In this document: positions 9,034-19,708 of the stretch, one piece after another
How positions within the stretch are numbered: position 1 is the first letter of the stretch
How the letters are laid out: the number at the start of each line of letters is the position of its first letter
NCBI RefSeq assembly: GCF_001262635.1
Contig: NZ_JXYH01000005.1
Span: 62,070-126,069, forward strand
Length of the DNA stretch: 64,000 nucleotides
Source: Aestuariivita boseongensis
Lineage (GTDB): Bacteria > Pseudomonadota > Alphaproteobacteria > Rhodobacterales > Rhodobacteraceae
Reading direction: 5' to 3'
Made by a program: the position numbers and the translations under genes
The notes under the pieces: model-generated
The model's input: only the letters and a program-made list of their open reading frames with translations
What the model was told of the DNA's origin: nothing
Database searches by the model: none

Positions 9034-10287
9034 TCAATCCGTGTCACCTGTTCCGTCAGGCTCGGACGCAGGGGCCCCACCTTCGAAGGCGTTGCCATTG
9101 ACGTAATCGCAGGGCGCTTCCTGCATTTCCAGATGCAGGCCCGTGCCGGTATAGGGATGGGCGCGGGCCAGATCTTCGTCCACCTCGATGCCCAGACCGG
9201 GGGCGGTGGGGGGCGTTATGAACCCGTCCTCCACCCGGATTGCGCCCTTGATCAGACGATCATGGAAATCGGTCTCAATCGTTTCGCACATCAGGATATT
9301 GGGGATCGACGCGGCCAGGTGAATATTCGCCGCCCATTCTACCGGCCCTGCATAGAGATGCGGCGCCATCTGCGCGTTATAGACCTCGGCGATGGCGGCC
9401 ACTTTCTTCATCTCCCAGATACCGCCCGCGCGCCCCAGCGCTGGCTGTAGGATCGTCGCCGCGCCCGCACGCAGGATCTGGGCGAATTCGGCTTTGGTCG
9501 TAATCCGCTCTCCGGTGGCCACCGGGATGCGCACGGCGCGCGCGACCTTGGCCATCTCCTCCACCGCGTCGGGGGGAATGGGTTCTTCGAACCACAGCGG
9601 CGAATAGGGCTCCAGCGCCTGGCCCAGACGGATCGCGCCTGCGGTGGTGAACTGGCCATGGGTGCCGAACAGCAAATCGGCCTTGTCGCCCACAGCCTCC
9701 CGGATCGCTTTGCAGAAGGCTACCGATTGGCTGATATCCGACATCGCCGGCATATGCCCACCGCGCAGCGTGTAGGGGCCTGCGGGGTCGAATTTCACCG
9801 CCGTGAAACCGCGCGCCACGCAATCCGCCGCAGCCTCGGCCGCCATCTCGGGCGAGGTCCAGAAGTCTTTCATCCGGTGATGCGCCAAAGGGTAAAGATA
9901 GGTATAGGCGCGGATCCGGTCATTCATCTTCCCGCCGATCAGCGCATGAACGGGGCGGTCCCGATCCTTGCCCAGAATGTCCCAGCAGGCGATCTCAAGC
10001 CCGGAAAACGCGCCCATCACCGTCAGGTCGGGCCGTTGCGTAAACCCGCTGGAATAGGCGCGGCGGAACATCAGTTCGATGTTTTCGGGGTTCTCGCCCG
10101 CCATATGCCGTTCGAAAACATCGCGGATCACATGGGTCATCGCCTCGGGCCCGATGGACGAGGCATAGCATTCCCCCCAGCCCGTAACCCCGGTATCGGT
10201 GGAGAGCTTCACCAGGATCCAATACCGCCCACCCCAGCCAGGAGCAGGGGGCGCGGTCACGATCAAGTCCAGATCGGTCAGTTTCAT
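9034..10287 (-). CDS. Mandelate racemase / muconate-lactonizing enzyme family (enolase superfamily) dehydratase or cycloisomerase
   Basis: N-terminal capping domain (ILVKLSTDTGVTGWGE). Barrel-domain metal-ligand context (WFEEP, FGTHGQ). GGGAGG RBS before the ATG on the minus strand. Confidence 0.85.
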   Translation of the reverse strand: MKLTDLDLIVTAPPAPGWGGRYWILVKLSTDTGVTGWGECYASSIGPEAMTHVIRDVFERHMAGENPENIELMFRRAYSSGFTQRPDLTVMGAFSGLEIACWDILGKDRDRPVHALIGGKMNDRIRAYTYLYPLAHHRMKDFWTSPEMAAEAAADCVARGFTAVKFDPAGPYTLRGGHMPAMSDISQSVAFCKAIREAVGDKADLLFGTHGQFTTAGAIRLGQALEPYSPLWFEEPIPPDAVEEMAKVARAVRIPVATGERITTKAEFAQILRAGAATILQPALGRAGGIWEMKKVAAIAEVYNAQMAPHLYAGPVEWAANIHLAASIPNILMCETIETDFHDRLIKGAIRVEDGFITPPTAPGLGIEVDEDLARAHPYTGTGLHLEMQEAPCDYVNGNAFEGGAPASEPDGTGDTD

Positions 10288-10464
10288 CAGTCCCTCCCAT
10301 TTTTGCTGACCCTGCAGCCCGTTGTCCTACGGCGCAAGCGCGAAAACAGCATCGAGCGCAGGTCGCCAGATGCAAATCAGCGATCATGTCCCGACCCAGT
10401 CCGGAATTGCGGCAGACCGGGCCGGTCTGCTAGCCTGCTGCGCACCGTCATCGGGGAGGCCCAA

Positions 10465-11673
10465 ATGACCACTGCTTTCGAAAAACCAGACCTCGGCAGG
10501 TTGATCGCCAGCCAGGTGCCCGGCCGATCTCTGGATCAGGCGTTCTACCTGTCGCCCGGGGTTTTCGCCGCCGACACGGCGCGGATTTTCCATCAGGACT
10601 GGCATCTGGCGGGCCATATCTCGGAATTGCCAGAGCCTGGCAATTACCTTTTGTTCGACATGCTGGGCGAAAGCGTCATTGTCGTGCGCGGGCAGGATGG
10701 CGCGCTGCATGCCCATGCCAATGTCTGCCGTCACCGGGGGTCGCGCCTGTGCCTTGAGCCGCGCGGATCGGTCAAACGGTTTACCTGCCCCTATCACGCC
10801 TGGTCCTATGAGGTGGACGGGCAGCTGTTCAATGCGCGCCAGCTGGACGCGGGCGAAGACCGGGACGCGCTGTCGCTGAAACCTGTCGCGGTGGAGCTGT
10901 TCGAGGGGTTGATCTATGTCTCCCTCTCCGACCAGCCCGCCAGCTTTGCCGCCCTGAGGGAGGAACTCACACCCCATGTCCGGCCCTTTGGCATGGCGCG
11001 CACAAAGATCGCGCATCGGCGAACATATCCGGTCAAAGCCAACTGGAAGCTGCTGGTCGAAAATTACAACGAATGTTACCACTGCTCCGGCGCGCATCCG
11101 GAATTTTCGCGCTCGCACTCCATCCATATGACCTCCGACCGGGTGGCCCCGCTCAATGACGATTTGCAGGCGCGTGCGGCGGCAATCGGGGCCTCTGCGG
11201 TCACGCTGGACCGCTCGACAACGCATGCGCCGGACGGATCGCCGGATTATTCCTATAACCGTTATGCGCTGTTTGACGGCTTTCAGACCGGCAGCGAGGA
11301 TGGTCAGCCGGTGGCCCCTCTGCTGGGCGATCTGACTGGTTATGATGGCGGCGCATCAGATGTCTATGTGGGTATTCTGAACCCGATGCTGGTCTATTGC
11401 GACCATGCGGTGCTCTATCGGTTTGTCCCTGTCGATCTGCACCATTCCGTGCAGGAAATCATCTGGCTGGTGCACGAAGACGCGGAAGAGGGGCGCGATT
11501 ACGATCTGGGACGTCTCACCTGGCTCTGGGACGTGACGACCGAGGCCGACAAACGCATCATCGAGGCCAATCAGGAGGGCATCGGCTCGCGCTATTACGA
11601 GCCGGGACCGCTGGTGGAGATGGAGCAATATACCCGCCGGTTCCTGGAAACCTATCTGGCGCGGCTGGCCTGA
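10465..11673 (+). CDS. Rieske [2Fe-2S] non-heme-iron aromatic ring-hydroxylating oxygenase, alpha subunit
   Basis: Rieske motif CRHRG...CPYHAW. Catalytic-domain EYHCSGAHPE. ATG start assigned from the ORF frame (MTTAFEK). Confidence 0.85.
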   Translation: MTTAFEKPDLGRLIASQVPGRSLDQAFYLSPGVFAADTARIFHQDWHLAGHISELPEPGNYLLFDMLGESVIVVRGQDGALHAHANVCRHRGSRLCLEPRGSVKRFTCPYHAWSYEVDGQLFNARQLDAGEDRDALSLKPVAVELFEGLIYVSLSDQPASFAALREELTPHVRPFGMARTKIAHRRTYPVKANWKLLVENYNECYHCSGAHPEFSRSHSIHMTSDRVAPLNDDLQARAAAIGASAVTLDRSTTHAPDGSPDYSYNRYALFDGFQTGSEDGQPVAPLLGDLTGYDGGASDVYVGILNPMLVYCDHAVLYRFVPVDLHHSVQEIIWLVHEDAEEGRDYDLGRLTWLWDVTTEADKRIIEANQEGIGSRYYEPGPLVEMEQYTRRFLETYLARLA

Positions 11674-11676
11674 TGC

Positions 11677-12765
11677 CTACCGGTCAAACACGATCACGTT
11701 GCGCTTGGCCGACCCGGTCTTGGTATCGGCAATCGCTTCGTTGATCTGCTCAAGCGACCAGCGGTTCGAAATCAGCTCATCCAGCTTCAACCGCCCTTGC
11801 TTGTAGAGATCCACCATCCACGGGATATCCCGCTGGATCACCACATCGCCCATCTTCGATCCGATCATGCCCTGACCGGTAAAAGACAGGATCACCGGCT
11901 CATAGCTCGACATGGCACCGGAATGGGGCATGCCCACCATGATCACCTTGCCGCCCCGCGCCAGATAAAGCGGCGCCTGGTCATAGGCCGGGATCGCACC
12001 CACGGTGACGATCACCGCATCCGCCCCGCGCCCGATGGCCCGCTGCGCAGCTTTCCATGGCGCTTTGTGGGTGGCCAGTACGCCATCGGTGGCCCCAAAG
12101 CTTTTGGCGATCTCCAGCTTTTCTTCGGTCATGTCCACCGCCACGATCCGCCGGGCGCCGGCAATCCGCGCGCCCTGAATGGCGTTCAGGCCCACGCCGC
12201 CTGCGCCGATCACGACCACGTCCTGACCTGCGCGAATGCCCGCTGCGTTCACCACGGCGCCCACGCCGGTGATCACGCCGCAGGCGATCAGGCTGGCGGC
12301 TTCCTTCGGGATGTCATCGCCGATGGCCACGACCTGGCTTTGATCCACGACGACCTTTTCGGCAAATGCGCCCGAGGCCATGGCCTGATGCAGCTTGCCG
12401 CCCTCTGCCGTCTTGATCGGCCCGTGATCGCCATCATAGGGCGTTTCGCAAATCGTGGGCTTTCCGCCCGCGCAGGAGGGACAGGTGCCACAGGCGCGGA
12501 TCAGGGTCACGACGACGCTGTCGCCCACCTTCACCGTGCCCACACCATCCCCCACCGCGGTTACGACACCGGCGGCTTCGTGCCCGTAGACCGCGGGCAG
12601 GGATCCGCCCCATGCCCCGTCGGCATAAGAGATATCCGAATGGCAGATCGCGACGGCGTCCAACGTAACCTCAACCTCTCCCATACCGGGCGGCGCGATC
12701 TGGATCTCTTCGATGCTCAGGGGTTTGCCGAATTCATGGCAGACGGCGGCTTTGATCGTTTGCAT
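11677..12765 (-). CDS. Zinc-dependent alcohol dehydrogenase (MDR superfamily)
   Basis: GHEAAGVV catalytic-zinc motif. Structural-zinc Cys cluster CGTCPSC. Rossmann motif GAGGVG. GGGAGG RBS before MQTIKAAV. Confidence 0.85.
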   Translation of the reverse strand: MQTIKAAVCHEFGKPLSIEEIQIAPPGMGEVEVTLDAVAICHSDISYADGAWGGSLPAVYGHEAAGVVTAVGDGVGTVKVGDSVVVTLIRACGTCPSCAGGKPTICETPYDGDHGPIKTAEGGKLHQAMASGAFAEKVVVDQSQVVAIGDDIPKEAASLIACGVITGVGAVVNAAGIRAGQDVVVIGAGGVGLNAIQGARIAGARRIVAVDMTEEKLEIAKSFGATDGVLATHKAPWKAAQRAIGRGADAVIVTVGAIPAYDQAPLYLARGGKVIMVGMPHSGAMSSYEPVILSFTGQGMIGSKMGDVVIQRDIPWMVDLYKQGRLKLDELISNRWSLEQINEAIADTKTGSAKRNVIVFDR

Positions 12766-12850
12766 GGAACCTCCCACGTCCCTCGTTTTGTCAGACCGTG
12801 ACCTGAGTTGGCCCTTGCCGCAAGCGGGAAACCGTCAGGGGAACGCGCAA

Positions 12851-14074
12851 TTACGCCACGGTATCGGATGCAGGTTGGTCCGCCGCCCGCGCGCGCCCCA
12901 GAAACACCGCCAGGCTGATGGCCATCAACACCAGCGACAGCACGAAAGGCGCGCCGGGCAGATAGATCGGCGCTGTTTCATGCGTGAAGGCGGCAAAGAT
13001 CCCGGTCATCACAAGCGGAGAAAGGATCATCGACAGCGCATGGAGCGAAGCCAGAACGCCCTGCAGCTCTCCTTGTGCATCATCGCCCACGGCGCGTGAC
13101 ATCATCGCGCTGAGCGCCGGGGTGATCACCGCACCAAGGGCGGCCAGCGGCGTCAGGATCAGCGCGAGCGTGCCACTGGTGACGACGGCCATGGCGGCAA
13201 AGGCCGCCATGTCAAAAACGTGGCCATAGATCACCGTGTTGCGCTCCCCGAACCAGCGCAGGAAGATGCGGATTAGCCCGCCTTGGGTGACAGCCATCAT
13301 GATGCCGAAAAGCCCAAGCGACAGGCCGATCATCTGGGGCGACCAGCCGAAACGCTCCTGCGTGAAATAGGACCAGACCGCCGGATAGACATAGAAGGCG
13401 ATGGAGTAGAGCAGGTAGATCACCAGCAGCCTGCCGATGCCGGGCAGGCGGGCGACATGGCGGAAGGCTCCGAACGGGTTGGCGCGTTTCCAGCTGAAGG
13501 GGCGGCGGATCCGGTCGGTGACGGTTTCCGTCAGAACCACATAGCCCAGCACGGCGTTCAGTGCGGCCAGCACGGCTGCGGCATAGAACGGCGCGCGGGT
13601 GCCGAATTCGGCCAGCAAACCACCCACCATCGGACCAAGGACAAAGCCCGCCCCGAAGGCAGCCCCGATCAGACCGAAATTCGCGGCCTTTTCATGGGGG
13701 GCCGAGATGTCGGCCATATAGGCCGACGCGGTGGGACCGGTGGCCGCAGTGATCCCGCCCACCACGCGGCCCAGAAGCAAGAGCCATATCGTGCCGGCAA
13801 CGGCCATGACGAGGTAATCGAGGCTCATCACCACGAGCGACACGAGCAGGATGGGACGCCGACCGTACCGGTCGGAAAGCGCGCCGACAATTGGGCCGAA
13901 CAGAAATTGCATCACGGCGAAAACGGTCGAGAGGACCCCACCCCACAAAGCCGCCGAGGCCAGCGTGCCGCCCTGCACCTCGAGGATCAGGTCGGGCATG
14001 ACCGGCATGATCAGGCCAATGCCCATCGCGTCCAGCATGACAGTGATCAGAATGAAAAGGATGGGCAGGCGCAA
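12851..14074 (-). CDS. MFS efflux transporter, TCR/tetracycline-resistance-like (12 TMS)
   Basis: [27 protein letters not shown]...[13 protein letters not shown] signature of the TCR/Bcr MFS family. Confidence 0.85.
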   Translation of the reverse strand: MRLPILFILITVMLDAMGIGLIMPVMPDLILEVQGGTLASAALWGGVLSTVFAVMQFLFGPIVGALSDRYGRRPILLVSLVVMSLDYLVMAVAGTIWLLLLGRVVGGITAATGPTASAYMADISAPHEKAANFGLIGAAFGAGFVLGPMVGGLLAEFGTRAPFYAAAVLAALNAVLGYVVLTETVTDRIRRPFSWKRANPFGAFRHVARLPGIGRLLVIYLLYSIAFYVYPAVWSYFTQERFGWSPQMIGLSLGLFGIMMAVTQGGLIRIFLRWFGERNTVIYGHVFDMAAFAAMAVVTSGTLALILTPLAALGAVITPALSAMMSRAVGDDAQGELQGVLASLHALSMILSPLVMTGIFAAFTHETAPIYLPGAPFVLSLVLMAISLAVFLGRARAADQPASDTVA

Positions 14075-14223
14075 AGGGGGTCTCGGGTTAGGGTTTTGCG
14101 TGTCAATCTAGGTGGACATGCGCCTGAAAGGAACCCTTGCCGTGGGTGTCGCTTTTTTCGGCAAACGGCGCGCCAGCGGCGGGCGGAAGGTTGGGTATTT
14201 TTAGCCAGAAAGAAGCAGCAGGG

Positions 14224-15558
14224 TCAGCTTTTGATCGCCACCACGGCGGCGGCGAAGCGGTGCGCGTCTTGCGGGGCGAGGCCCATTTGCTGTGCGGGAT
14301 CGAAAAGGGTTTGTGCGTCCAGATCCGGGTGATCCCGCGCCACCAGTTTTGAAAGCGGGGTCTGGCTCTCCTGTGCTTCGCGGCACAGCGCCTTCGTGGC
14401 GGCCTGCGCGTCGGGGTGGGGGAGTTTTTTGGCGAGCGCGAAACTGAGCGCTTCGGCATGGATCATGTCCAGTTGGGAGGCGAGGGTATCGGCCATCACG
14501 CCCGCGTTCGGCACGATTGTGGGGGCGAGGGTCCGCGCGATGTTCAGCGCGGCGGCAGTGCCCAGCACGATCTGAGGCAGGGCGGTCCATTCGGCAAACC
14601 ACGCCGCGCCGTCGCGCTGATAGCGGTGGGAGGCGGCGTTCAGAAGCACGCCCTGCTGGCCCTGAACCTGCGCGCAGAGCGCGGTCAGAGCCGAGGGCGC
14701 CACCGGGTTTTGCTTTTGCGGCATGGTGGAGGAGGCGCCCGTCGCTCCAAGCCCGATTTCCCCAATGCCCGTCTGGGTGAGGGCGGTCAGGTCTTCGCCC
14801 ATCTTGGCCAGCGCAATGCTTACCCGCCCCATCCAGTTTGCAATCCGCAGGATCGGGCCGCGATCGGTATGCCAGCTGCGGCCCGGATCATTCAGGCCGA
14901 GGGCCGCGGCCAGATCGGCGCGGGTCTGTGCCGCATCCGGGCCGAGGGCCGAGGAGGTGCCCGCAGCGCCAGACAGTGACACCCACAGGCTGCTTGCTCG
15001 CAGTGCGTCGAGTTCGTGCAGCAGATCCAGAAGCGGCCAGCCCCAGCCGGCCACCAACGCGCCGAACGAGGTGGGCGTGGCGTGCTGCCCATAGGTGCGC
15101 GCGGCCATGGGCAGATCGGCATGGGTGTCGGCCAGCGTGCCCATCTTGGCCAGAACCTCGCGCAGATGGGTTTCGAATTGCCCCAGCGTCTGGCGCAGGC
15201 GCAGCATCAGCCCGGTGTCGATGATGTCCTGCGAGGTGGCGCCCCAATGCAGATATTGCGCATGTTCCGGCGCGTTCATGGCGGACCGGAAGGCGGCCAG
15301 CAATCCCGGCACGCTCACGCCGTTTTCGCCCGTGGGTGCGGCCAGGGCGGCGGGGTCGATCTGCAGCTCCATCGTGGCGCGGTGAATGGCCTGCGCGCTG
15401 ATTTCGGGGATGATCCCTTGCGCGCCCTGCACCTTGGCCAGCGCGCCTTCGACCAGAAGCATCGCGCGCACCTCGGCCGTGTCGGAGAAGAGCCGCGCGG
15501 TCTCTCCTGTCGGGAAGAGGCGGGTGTAGATCAGGCTGTCGAAAACGGACGCGGCCAT
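14224..15558 (-). CDS. pcaB: 3-carboxy-cis,cis-muconate cycloisomerase (fumarate-lyase superfamily)
   Basis: GATSQDIIDT lyase signature. Overall length and architecture fit PcaB. Directly downstream of an enol-lactonase. Confidence 0.75.
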   Translation of the reverse strand: MAASVFDSLIYTRLFPTGETARLFSDTAEVRAMLLVEGALAKVQGAQGIIPEISAQAIHRATMELQIDPAALAAPTGENGVSVPGLLAAFRSAMNAPEHAQYLHWGATSQDIIDTGLMLRLRQTLGQFETHLREVLAKMGTLADTHADLPMAARTYGQHATPTSFGALVAGWGWPLLDLLHELDALRASSLWVSLSGAAGTSSALGPDAAQTRADLAAALGLNDPGRSWHTDRGPILRIANWMGRVSIALAKMGEDLTALTQTGIGEIGLGATGASSTMPQKQNPVAPSALTALCAQVQGQQGVLLNAASHRYQRDGAAWFAEWTALPQIVLGTAAALNIARTLAPTIVPNAGVMADTLASQLDMIHAEALSFALAKKLPHPDAQAATKALCREAQESQTPLSKLVARDHPDLDAQTLFDPAQQMGLAPQDAHRFAAAVVAIKS

Positions 15559-15571
15559 GGCGGGTTCCCCT

Positions 15572-16360
15572 TCAGATATGCCCCGTGTCGCGCATGAATT
15601 GCGTCAGCACCTGCGCATATTCTTCGGGCTTTTCCACGCAGGGCAGATGGCCCGCGCCGCGGATCAGGTGGAACTTGGACCCCGGCACCAGATCGACGGT
15701 TTCGCGCACCAGATCGGGCGGGGTGGATCCATCTTCACTGCCCGCGATGCCCAGAACCGGCAGGCGCAAGCCACTGGTGGGCGTATAGAAATCCGTGCCT
15801 GAAATCGCCGCCGAACAGCCCGCGTAACCGGCGGCGGGTTGGCGCACCAGCATATTGCGCCACAGCTGCAATTCGGGCGTGGCGCGGAAGGCCTTTGAGA
15901 ACCACCGCTCCATCACCGGATCGGCCAGCGCCTCGATCCCGCCTGCGTTCACGGCGGCGATGCGGTCATCCCACATGTCCTTGGTGCCGATCTTGGCGCC
16001 GGTGTTCGACAGGACGGCCGCGCGCACGATATCCAGCCGTTTGACGGCGAGGCCTTGCGCGATCATCCCGCCGATCGACAGGCCGACGAACAGGCAATCG
16101 CGCACCTTCAGCATGTCCAGCAGGCGTTCGGTATCCGACACAAGCGCGCCCATGGAATAGGGCGCGGCCGGGCAGGACGACAGCCCGTGCCCGCGCTTGT
16201 CAAAGCGGATCAGGCGCAGGCCGTCGGGCAGGTAGGGCAGGATCGGATCCCACAGGCGGAAATCGGTGCCCAGCGAATTGGCGAAGACCACAGGCGCGCC
16301 ATCTTCGGGTCCATCCACGCGATAGTGAAGCTGAACATCTCCCAAATCGGCAAGCTGCAT
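15572..16360 (-). CDS. pcaD: 3-oxoadipate enol-lactonase (alpha/beta hydrolase)
   Basis: VVFANSLGTD...GLSIGG nucleophile elbow. 262 aa, typical PcaD size. Confidence 0.75.
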   Translation of the reverse strand: MQLADLGDVQLHYRVDGPEDGAPVVFANSLGTDFRLWDPILPYLPDGLRLIRFDKRGHGLSSCPAAPYSMGALVSDTERLLDMLKVRDCLFVGLSIGGMIAQGLAVKRLDIVRAAVLSNTGAKIGTKDMWDDRIAAVNAGGIEALADPVMERWFSKAFRATPELQLWRNMLVRQPAAGYAGCSAAISGTDFYTPTSGLRLPVLGIAGSEDGSTPPDLVRETVDLVPGSKFHLIRGAGHLPCVEKPEEYAQVLTQFMRDTGHI

Positions 16361-16446
16361 GGATGGGTCCTTTCGCTGGTCTTGTGTTGTCCCGTGTTAG
16401 CGCAGCTTCGGGCGATGCGCCATGGCTGTTGGGCAGGGTCAGACCG

Positions 16447-17445
16447 TCAGGTCTGCCCCCCGAAGCGGGTCAGCGCCTGCACAAAGACCGACGCATCCAC
16501 ATTGCCGCCCGATATGGTGACGATCACGTCGTCGCCCTCGATCTGATCGGCATGATAAAGCGCCGCCGCCAACGCCACCGCGCCACCGGGTTCGGCCACA
16601 ACCTTCAGCCGTTCGAAGGCGGCGGCCATGGCCTGCAGTGCCTCATCTTCGCTGACGACCATGCCGGGGCCACACAGCCGGTGCATGATGGGAAAGGTAA
16701 TCTGGCCGGGCGACGGGGTGATGATCGCGTCGCACAAACTGCCCGAGCTGCGGTTGTTCACCTCGATCCCGCCCGAGCGGAGCGAGCGCGCCACATCGTC
16801 GAACCCTTCCGGTTCCACCGGGCGCACGCGCAATTCGGGCGCTTTGGCCTCCAACGCCAGCGCGATGCCCGAGGTCAGGCCGCCCCCGCCGCAGCAGACC
16901 AGCACATCGGCCTGACTGATGCCTGCCTCGGCGGCCTGTTCGGCAATCTCCAGCCCCGTCGTGCCCTGACCGGCGATCACTTGCGGCTCATCATAGGGTT
17001 TGATCAGGGTCAGCCCGCGTTCTTCGGCCAATGCCGCACCGATGGCGGCGCGATCCTCGCCCGCGCGGTCGTAAAGGATCACCTCGGCCCCCAGCGCGCG
17101 GGTATTGTCGATCTTCATCTGCGGGGCGTCCGACGGCATGATGATGACCGCGGGTACCCCATGCAGTTTTGCCGCCAGCGCCACGCCTTGCGCATGGTTG
17201 CCGCTGGAAAAGGCGATGACACCGCGGGCGCGCACGTCCGGATCCAGGGCCGAGACCGCCGACCAGCCGCCGCGAAACTTGAAGCTGCCAGTGTGCTGCA
17301 GGCATTCCGGTTTCACCCAGACGCGCCGCCCGGCGATGTCGTCCAGAAAGGGTGAATTCAGCAGCGGCGTGCGCCGCGCATGGCCCTTCAGCCGTTCGGC
17401 GGCGGCCTCGATCATGTCGATATTCATTTGATTTTCCCGATCCAT
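16447..17445 (-). CDS. PLP-dependent threonine/serine dehydratase (fold type II)
   Basis: PLP-lysine region ECLQHTGSFKFRGG. Glycine loop SSGNHAQG. Confidence 0.8.
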   Translation of the reverse strand: MDRENQMNIDMIEAAAERLKGHARRTPLLNSPFLDDIAGRRVWVKPECLQHTGSFKFRGGWSAVSALDPDVRARGVIAFSSGNHAQGVALAAKLHGVPAVIIMPSDAPQMKIDNTRALGAEVILYDRAGEDRAAIGAALAEERGLTLIKPYDEPQVIAGQGTTGLEIAEQAAEAGISQADVLVCCGGGGLTSGIALALEAKAPELRVRPVEPEGFDDVARSLRSGGIEVNNRSSGSLCDAIITPSPGQITFPIMHRLCGPGMVVSEDEALQAMAAAFERLKVVAEPGGAVALAAALYHADQIEGDDVIVTISGGNVDASVFVQALTRFGGQT

Positions 17446-18251
17446 TCCTGCAGCGCGGCCACGGCAGGCGGCTCATCCAGGAAGGGGATATGCCCGCGAT
17501 CGGGCACCTCGGCCACGATCAGGCCGGGGGCGCGGCGGGCCATCTCGGCCACGGTCTCTTCCGACAAAAGGTTGGAATTCGCCCCCCGGATCACGGCCAT
17601 GGGTTTGCCCGCAAGCCCGTCGAAAAGCGGCCAGAGGTCAGGCGCAGGTTGCGCGCCCGCCTCAAGCACCGCGTCGCGCAGGCGCGGGTCATAGGTGATT
17701 TCCAAACCATCATCAGTTTGATTGTAAAGCTTGCGGACCTCGGCCTCCCACCGGCTTTCGGGGATGTTGTCGAAGCCCGTCATCACCTTGGGCAGTTCGC
17801 GCGCGGCTTCCTCGTGGGTTTTCCAGACCGGGTTGCGCCCGATGTAATTCTTGATGAATTCGATCCCCACCGGTTCGATCACCGGGCCGATATCGTTGAA
17901 GGCCACGCCCATGATCCGGTCGGGTGCTGCGACCCCCATACCCATCGCCACCAGCCCCCCACGCGAGGTGCCAAGGATCGCGGCCTTCTCTAGACCCAGG
18001 TGATCCATCAGGGCCAGCACGTCGCCCACTTCCACCGGGATGGTATAGGTCATGTGATCCTTGGCCCAATCCGATTGCCCGCGCCCGCGATAATCGGTCT
18101 TGATCAGGCGGTGGCCCGACAGATGCGGTGTGACATAGTCGAAATCAGCCGTGTTGCGCGTCAGCCCCGACAGGCAGAGGATCGGAAGGCCTTCACCTTC
18201 ATCAGTATAGTACAGCGAAAGCCCGTCAGGGGCGGTATAGTGGGGCATCAA
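17424..18251 (-). CDS. Alpha/beta-fold hydrolase
   Basis: GTSRGG nucleophile elbow. Overall alpha/beta hydrolase topology. Start overlaps the upstream gene. Confidence 0.75.
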   Translation of the reverse strand: MMPHYTAPDGLSLYYTDEGEGLPILCLSGLTRNTADFDYVTPHLSGHRLIKTDYRGRGQSDWAKDHMTYTIPVEVGDVLALMDHLGLEKAAILGTSRGGLVAMGMGVAAPDRIMGVAFNDIGPVIEPVGIEFIKNYIGRNPVWKTHEEAARELPKVMTGFDNIPESRWEAEVRKLYNQTDDGLEITYDPRLRDAVLEAGAQPAPDLWPLFDGLAGKPMAVIRGANSNLLSEETVAEMARRAPGLIVAEVPDRGHIPFLDEPPAVAALQEWIGKIK

Positions 18252-18934
18252 ACACCTGCAACATTGGGGATGGTTGTGAGATCGGGCAGGATCGTGCCGG
18301 GCACCCAGGGCAGGCGATCCACAGGTTCACCGGCGCGATTGACCCAGGCGGTGTCAAACCCGTACCCGGTCGCGCAGGCCGCGTCCCAGCCGTTGGAGGA
18401 GACGAACAGAACCTGGTCCTTGCCGCAGCCAAACCGTTGGCCTACCAGGTCATACACCCGCGCGTCCGGCTTGAAGATACCGACGCTTTCCACCGACAGC
18501 ACATCATCCAGCACGTCGCCGATGCCTGCCGATTGCACCGCGCCGTTCAGCATGTCGGGCGATCCGTTCGACAGGATCGCGGTGTTCATCCCCGCCTTTT
18601 TCAGCGCGGCCAGCATCGCAGGCACTTCCGGATAGGCCTGAAGTTCCCAATAGAGATCCAGAAGCCGCTGGCGCAGCGCGTCGTCACCTGCAAGCCCGGT
18701 GGCCTCCAGCGCCCAGTCCAGACCGTTCTGCGTGACCTCCCAGAAATCGGTATGCGCCCCCGCCACGGCCCGCAGCCAGGTATATTGCAGCTGTTTCAGG
18801 CGCCATTGGCCGGCCAGATCCATCCATGTGTTTTGCAGCGCCGGGAAGGCGGGTTCGGTTGCGGCCTGGCGTGCGGCGGCGGCGACGTCGAACAGCGTGC
18901 CATAGGCGTCGAAGATACAGGTGGTGATTGGCAT
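18248..18934 (-). CDS. L-2-haloacid dehalogenase (HAD superfamily, type II)
   Basis: CIFDAYGTLFDV HAD motif I. SNG motif. Start taken at the internal Met (MPITTC), as for family members. Confidence 0.8.
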   Translation of the reverse strand: MPITTCIFDAYGTLFDVAAAARQAATEPAFPALQNTWMDLAGQWRLKQLQYTWLRAVAGAHTDFWEVTQNGLDWALEATGLAGDDALRQRLLDLYWELQAYPEVPAMLAALKKAGMNTAILSNGSPDMLNGAVQSAGIGDVLDDVLSVESVGIFKPDARVYDLVGQRFGCGKDQVLFVSSNGWDAACATGYGFDTAWVNRAGEPVDRLPWVPGTILPDLTTIPNVAGV

Positions 18935-19124
18935 GGCTCTCCCCTTCGCGGTTGGGGGCAATCTGGCACAGCCGCCTCGCAGGGGAAAGCCGGGTTACGC
19001 CTGAAATTGCGCCCTTTTGACGCCCCGGTTTACATCGGGGGTCAGTGCTTTAGGCTGCGCCCCGAACCAGAGCACCCGCGAGAGACGCGGCCTCTCCCTT
19101 TCTCCCAGACAACAGGATTTTGCG

Positions 19125-19553
19125 ATGACCGAGGTCAAAACCGGCGATACCGTCGCCATTCACTATACCGGAACTCTGAAAGACGGCACCACGTTCGACA
19201 GTTCGGAAGGGCGCGATCCGCTGTCGTTCCAGGTGGGCAGCGGCCAGATCATTCCCGGGCTGGACAGCGCGCTGCCGGGCATGACCGTGGGTGAGAAGAA
19301 AACCGTCGAGGTGGATTGCCAGGACGCCTATGGCCCGATGAACCCTGCAATGCGCCAGGCGGTGCCGCGTGAAGGTATCCCGGCGGAGATTCCGCTGGAT
19401 CTGGGCACCCAGCTGCAGATGCAGACGCCCGAAGGCCAGGCCGTTCCCGTCACCGTCGTCGAAGTGACCGAAACCGAGGTGACGCTAGACGCCAACCACC
19501 CGCTGGCCGGCCAGGACCTGACCTTTGATATCGAACTGGTGTCGATCGGCTGA
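19125..19553 (+). CDS. FKBP-type peptidyl-prolyl cis-trans isomerase (SlyD/FkpB-like)
   Basis: VAIHYTGTLKDGTTFDSS...FQVGSGQIIPGLD...MTVGEKK FKBP domain, then an insert-in-flap (IF) chaperone domain. Confidence 0.85.
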   Translation: MTEVKTGDTVAIHYTGTLKDGTTFDSSEGRDPLSFQVGSGQIIPGLDSALPGMTVGEKKTVEVDCQDAYGPMNPAMRQAVPREGIPAEIPLDLGTQLQMQTPEGQAVPVTVVEVTETEVTLDANHPLAGQDLTFDIELVSIG

Positions 19554-19708
19554 CACAAGCCGCAAAGCCCCGGGGCCCGTGCCTGCCGCATGAGGTCCCG
19601 GCGCGGGGGCCGGGACGGCCCAAGGCGGTGCATACGCGCCCACCCAGTGCGCCACGCGCGCGCCCCGGACGTGATCCGGGGTCTCTGAGCCGCACAGCTG
19701 ATCAGTGT

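Noticed and set aside
10384-12801. ORFs antisense to the Rieske oxygenase (280 aa, minus) and to the Zn-ADH (334 aa, plus)
   Set aside because: Both overlap genes with diagnostic motifs (CxH...CxxH Rieske; GHEAAG/GxGxxG) on the opposite strand.
13283-14332. 349-aa plus-strand ORF antisense to the TCR-type MFS gene
   Set aside because: Composition (H/R/G/D/Q) is incompatible with a folded protein. The minus strand encodes a textbook 12-TMS transporter.
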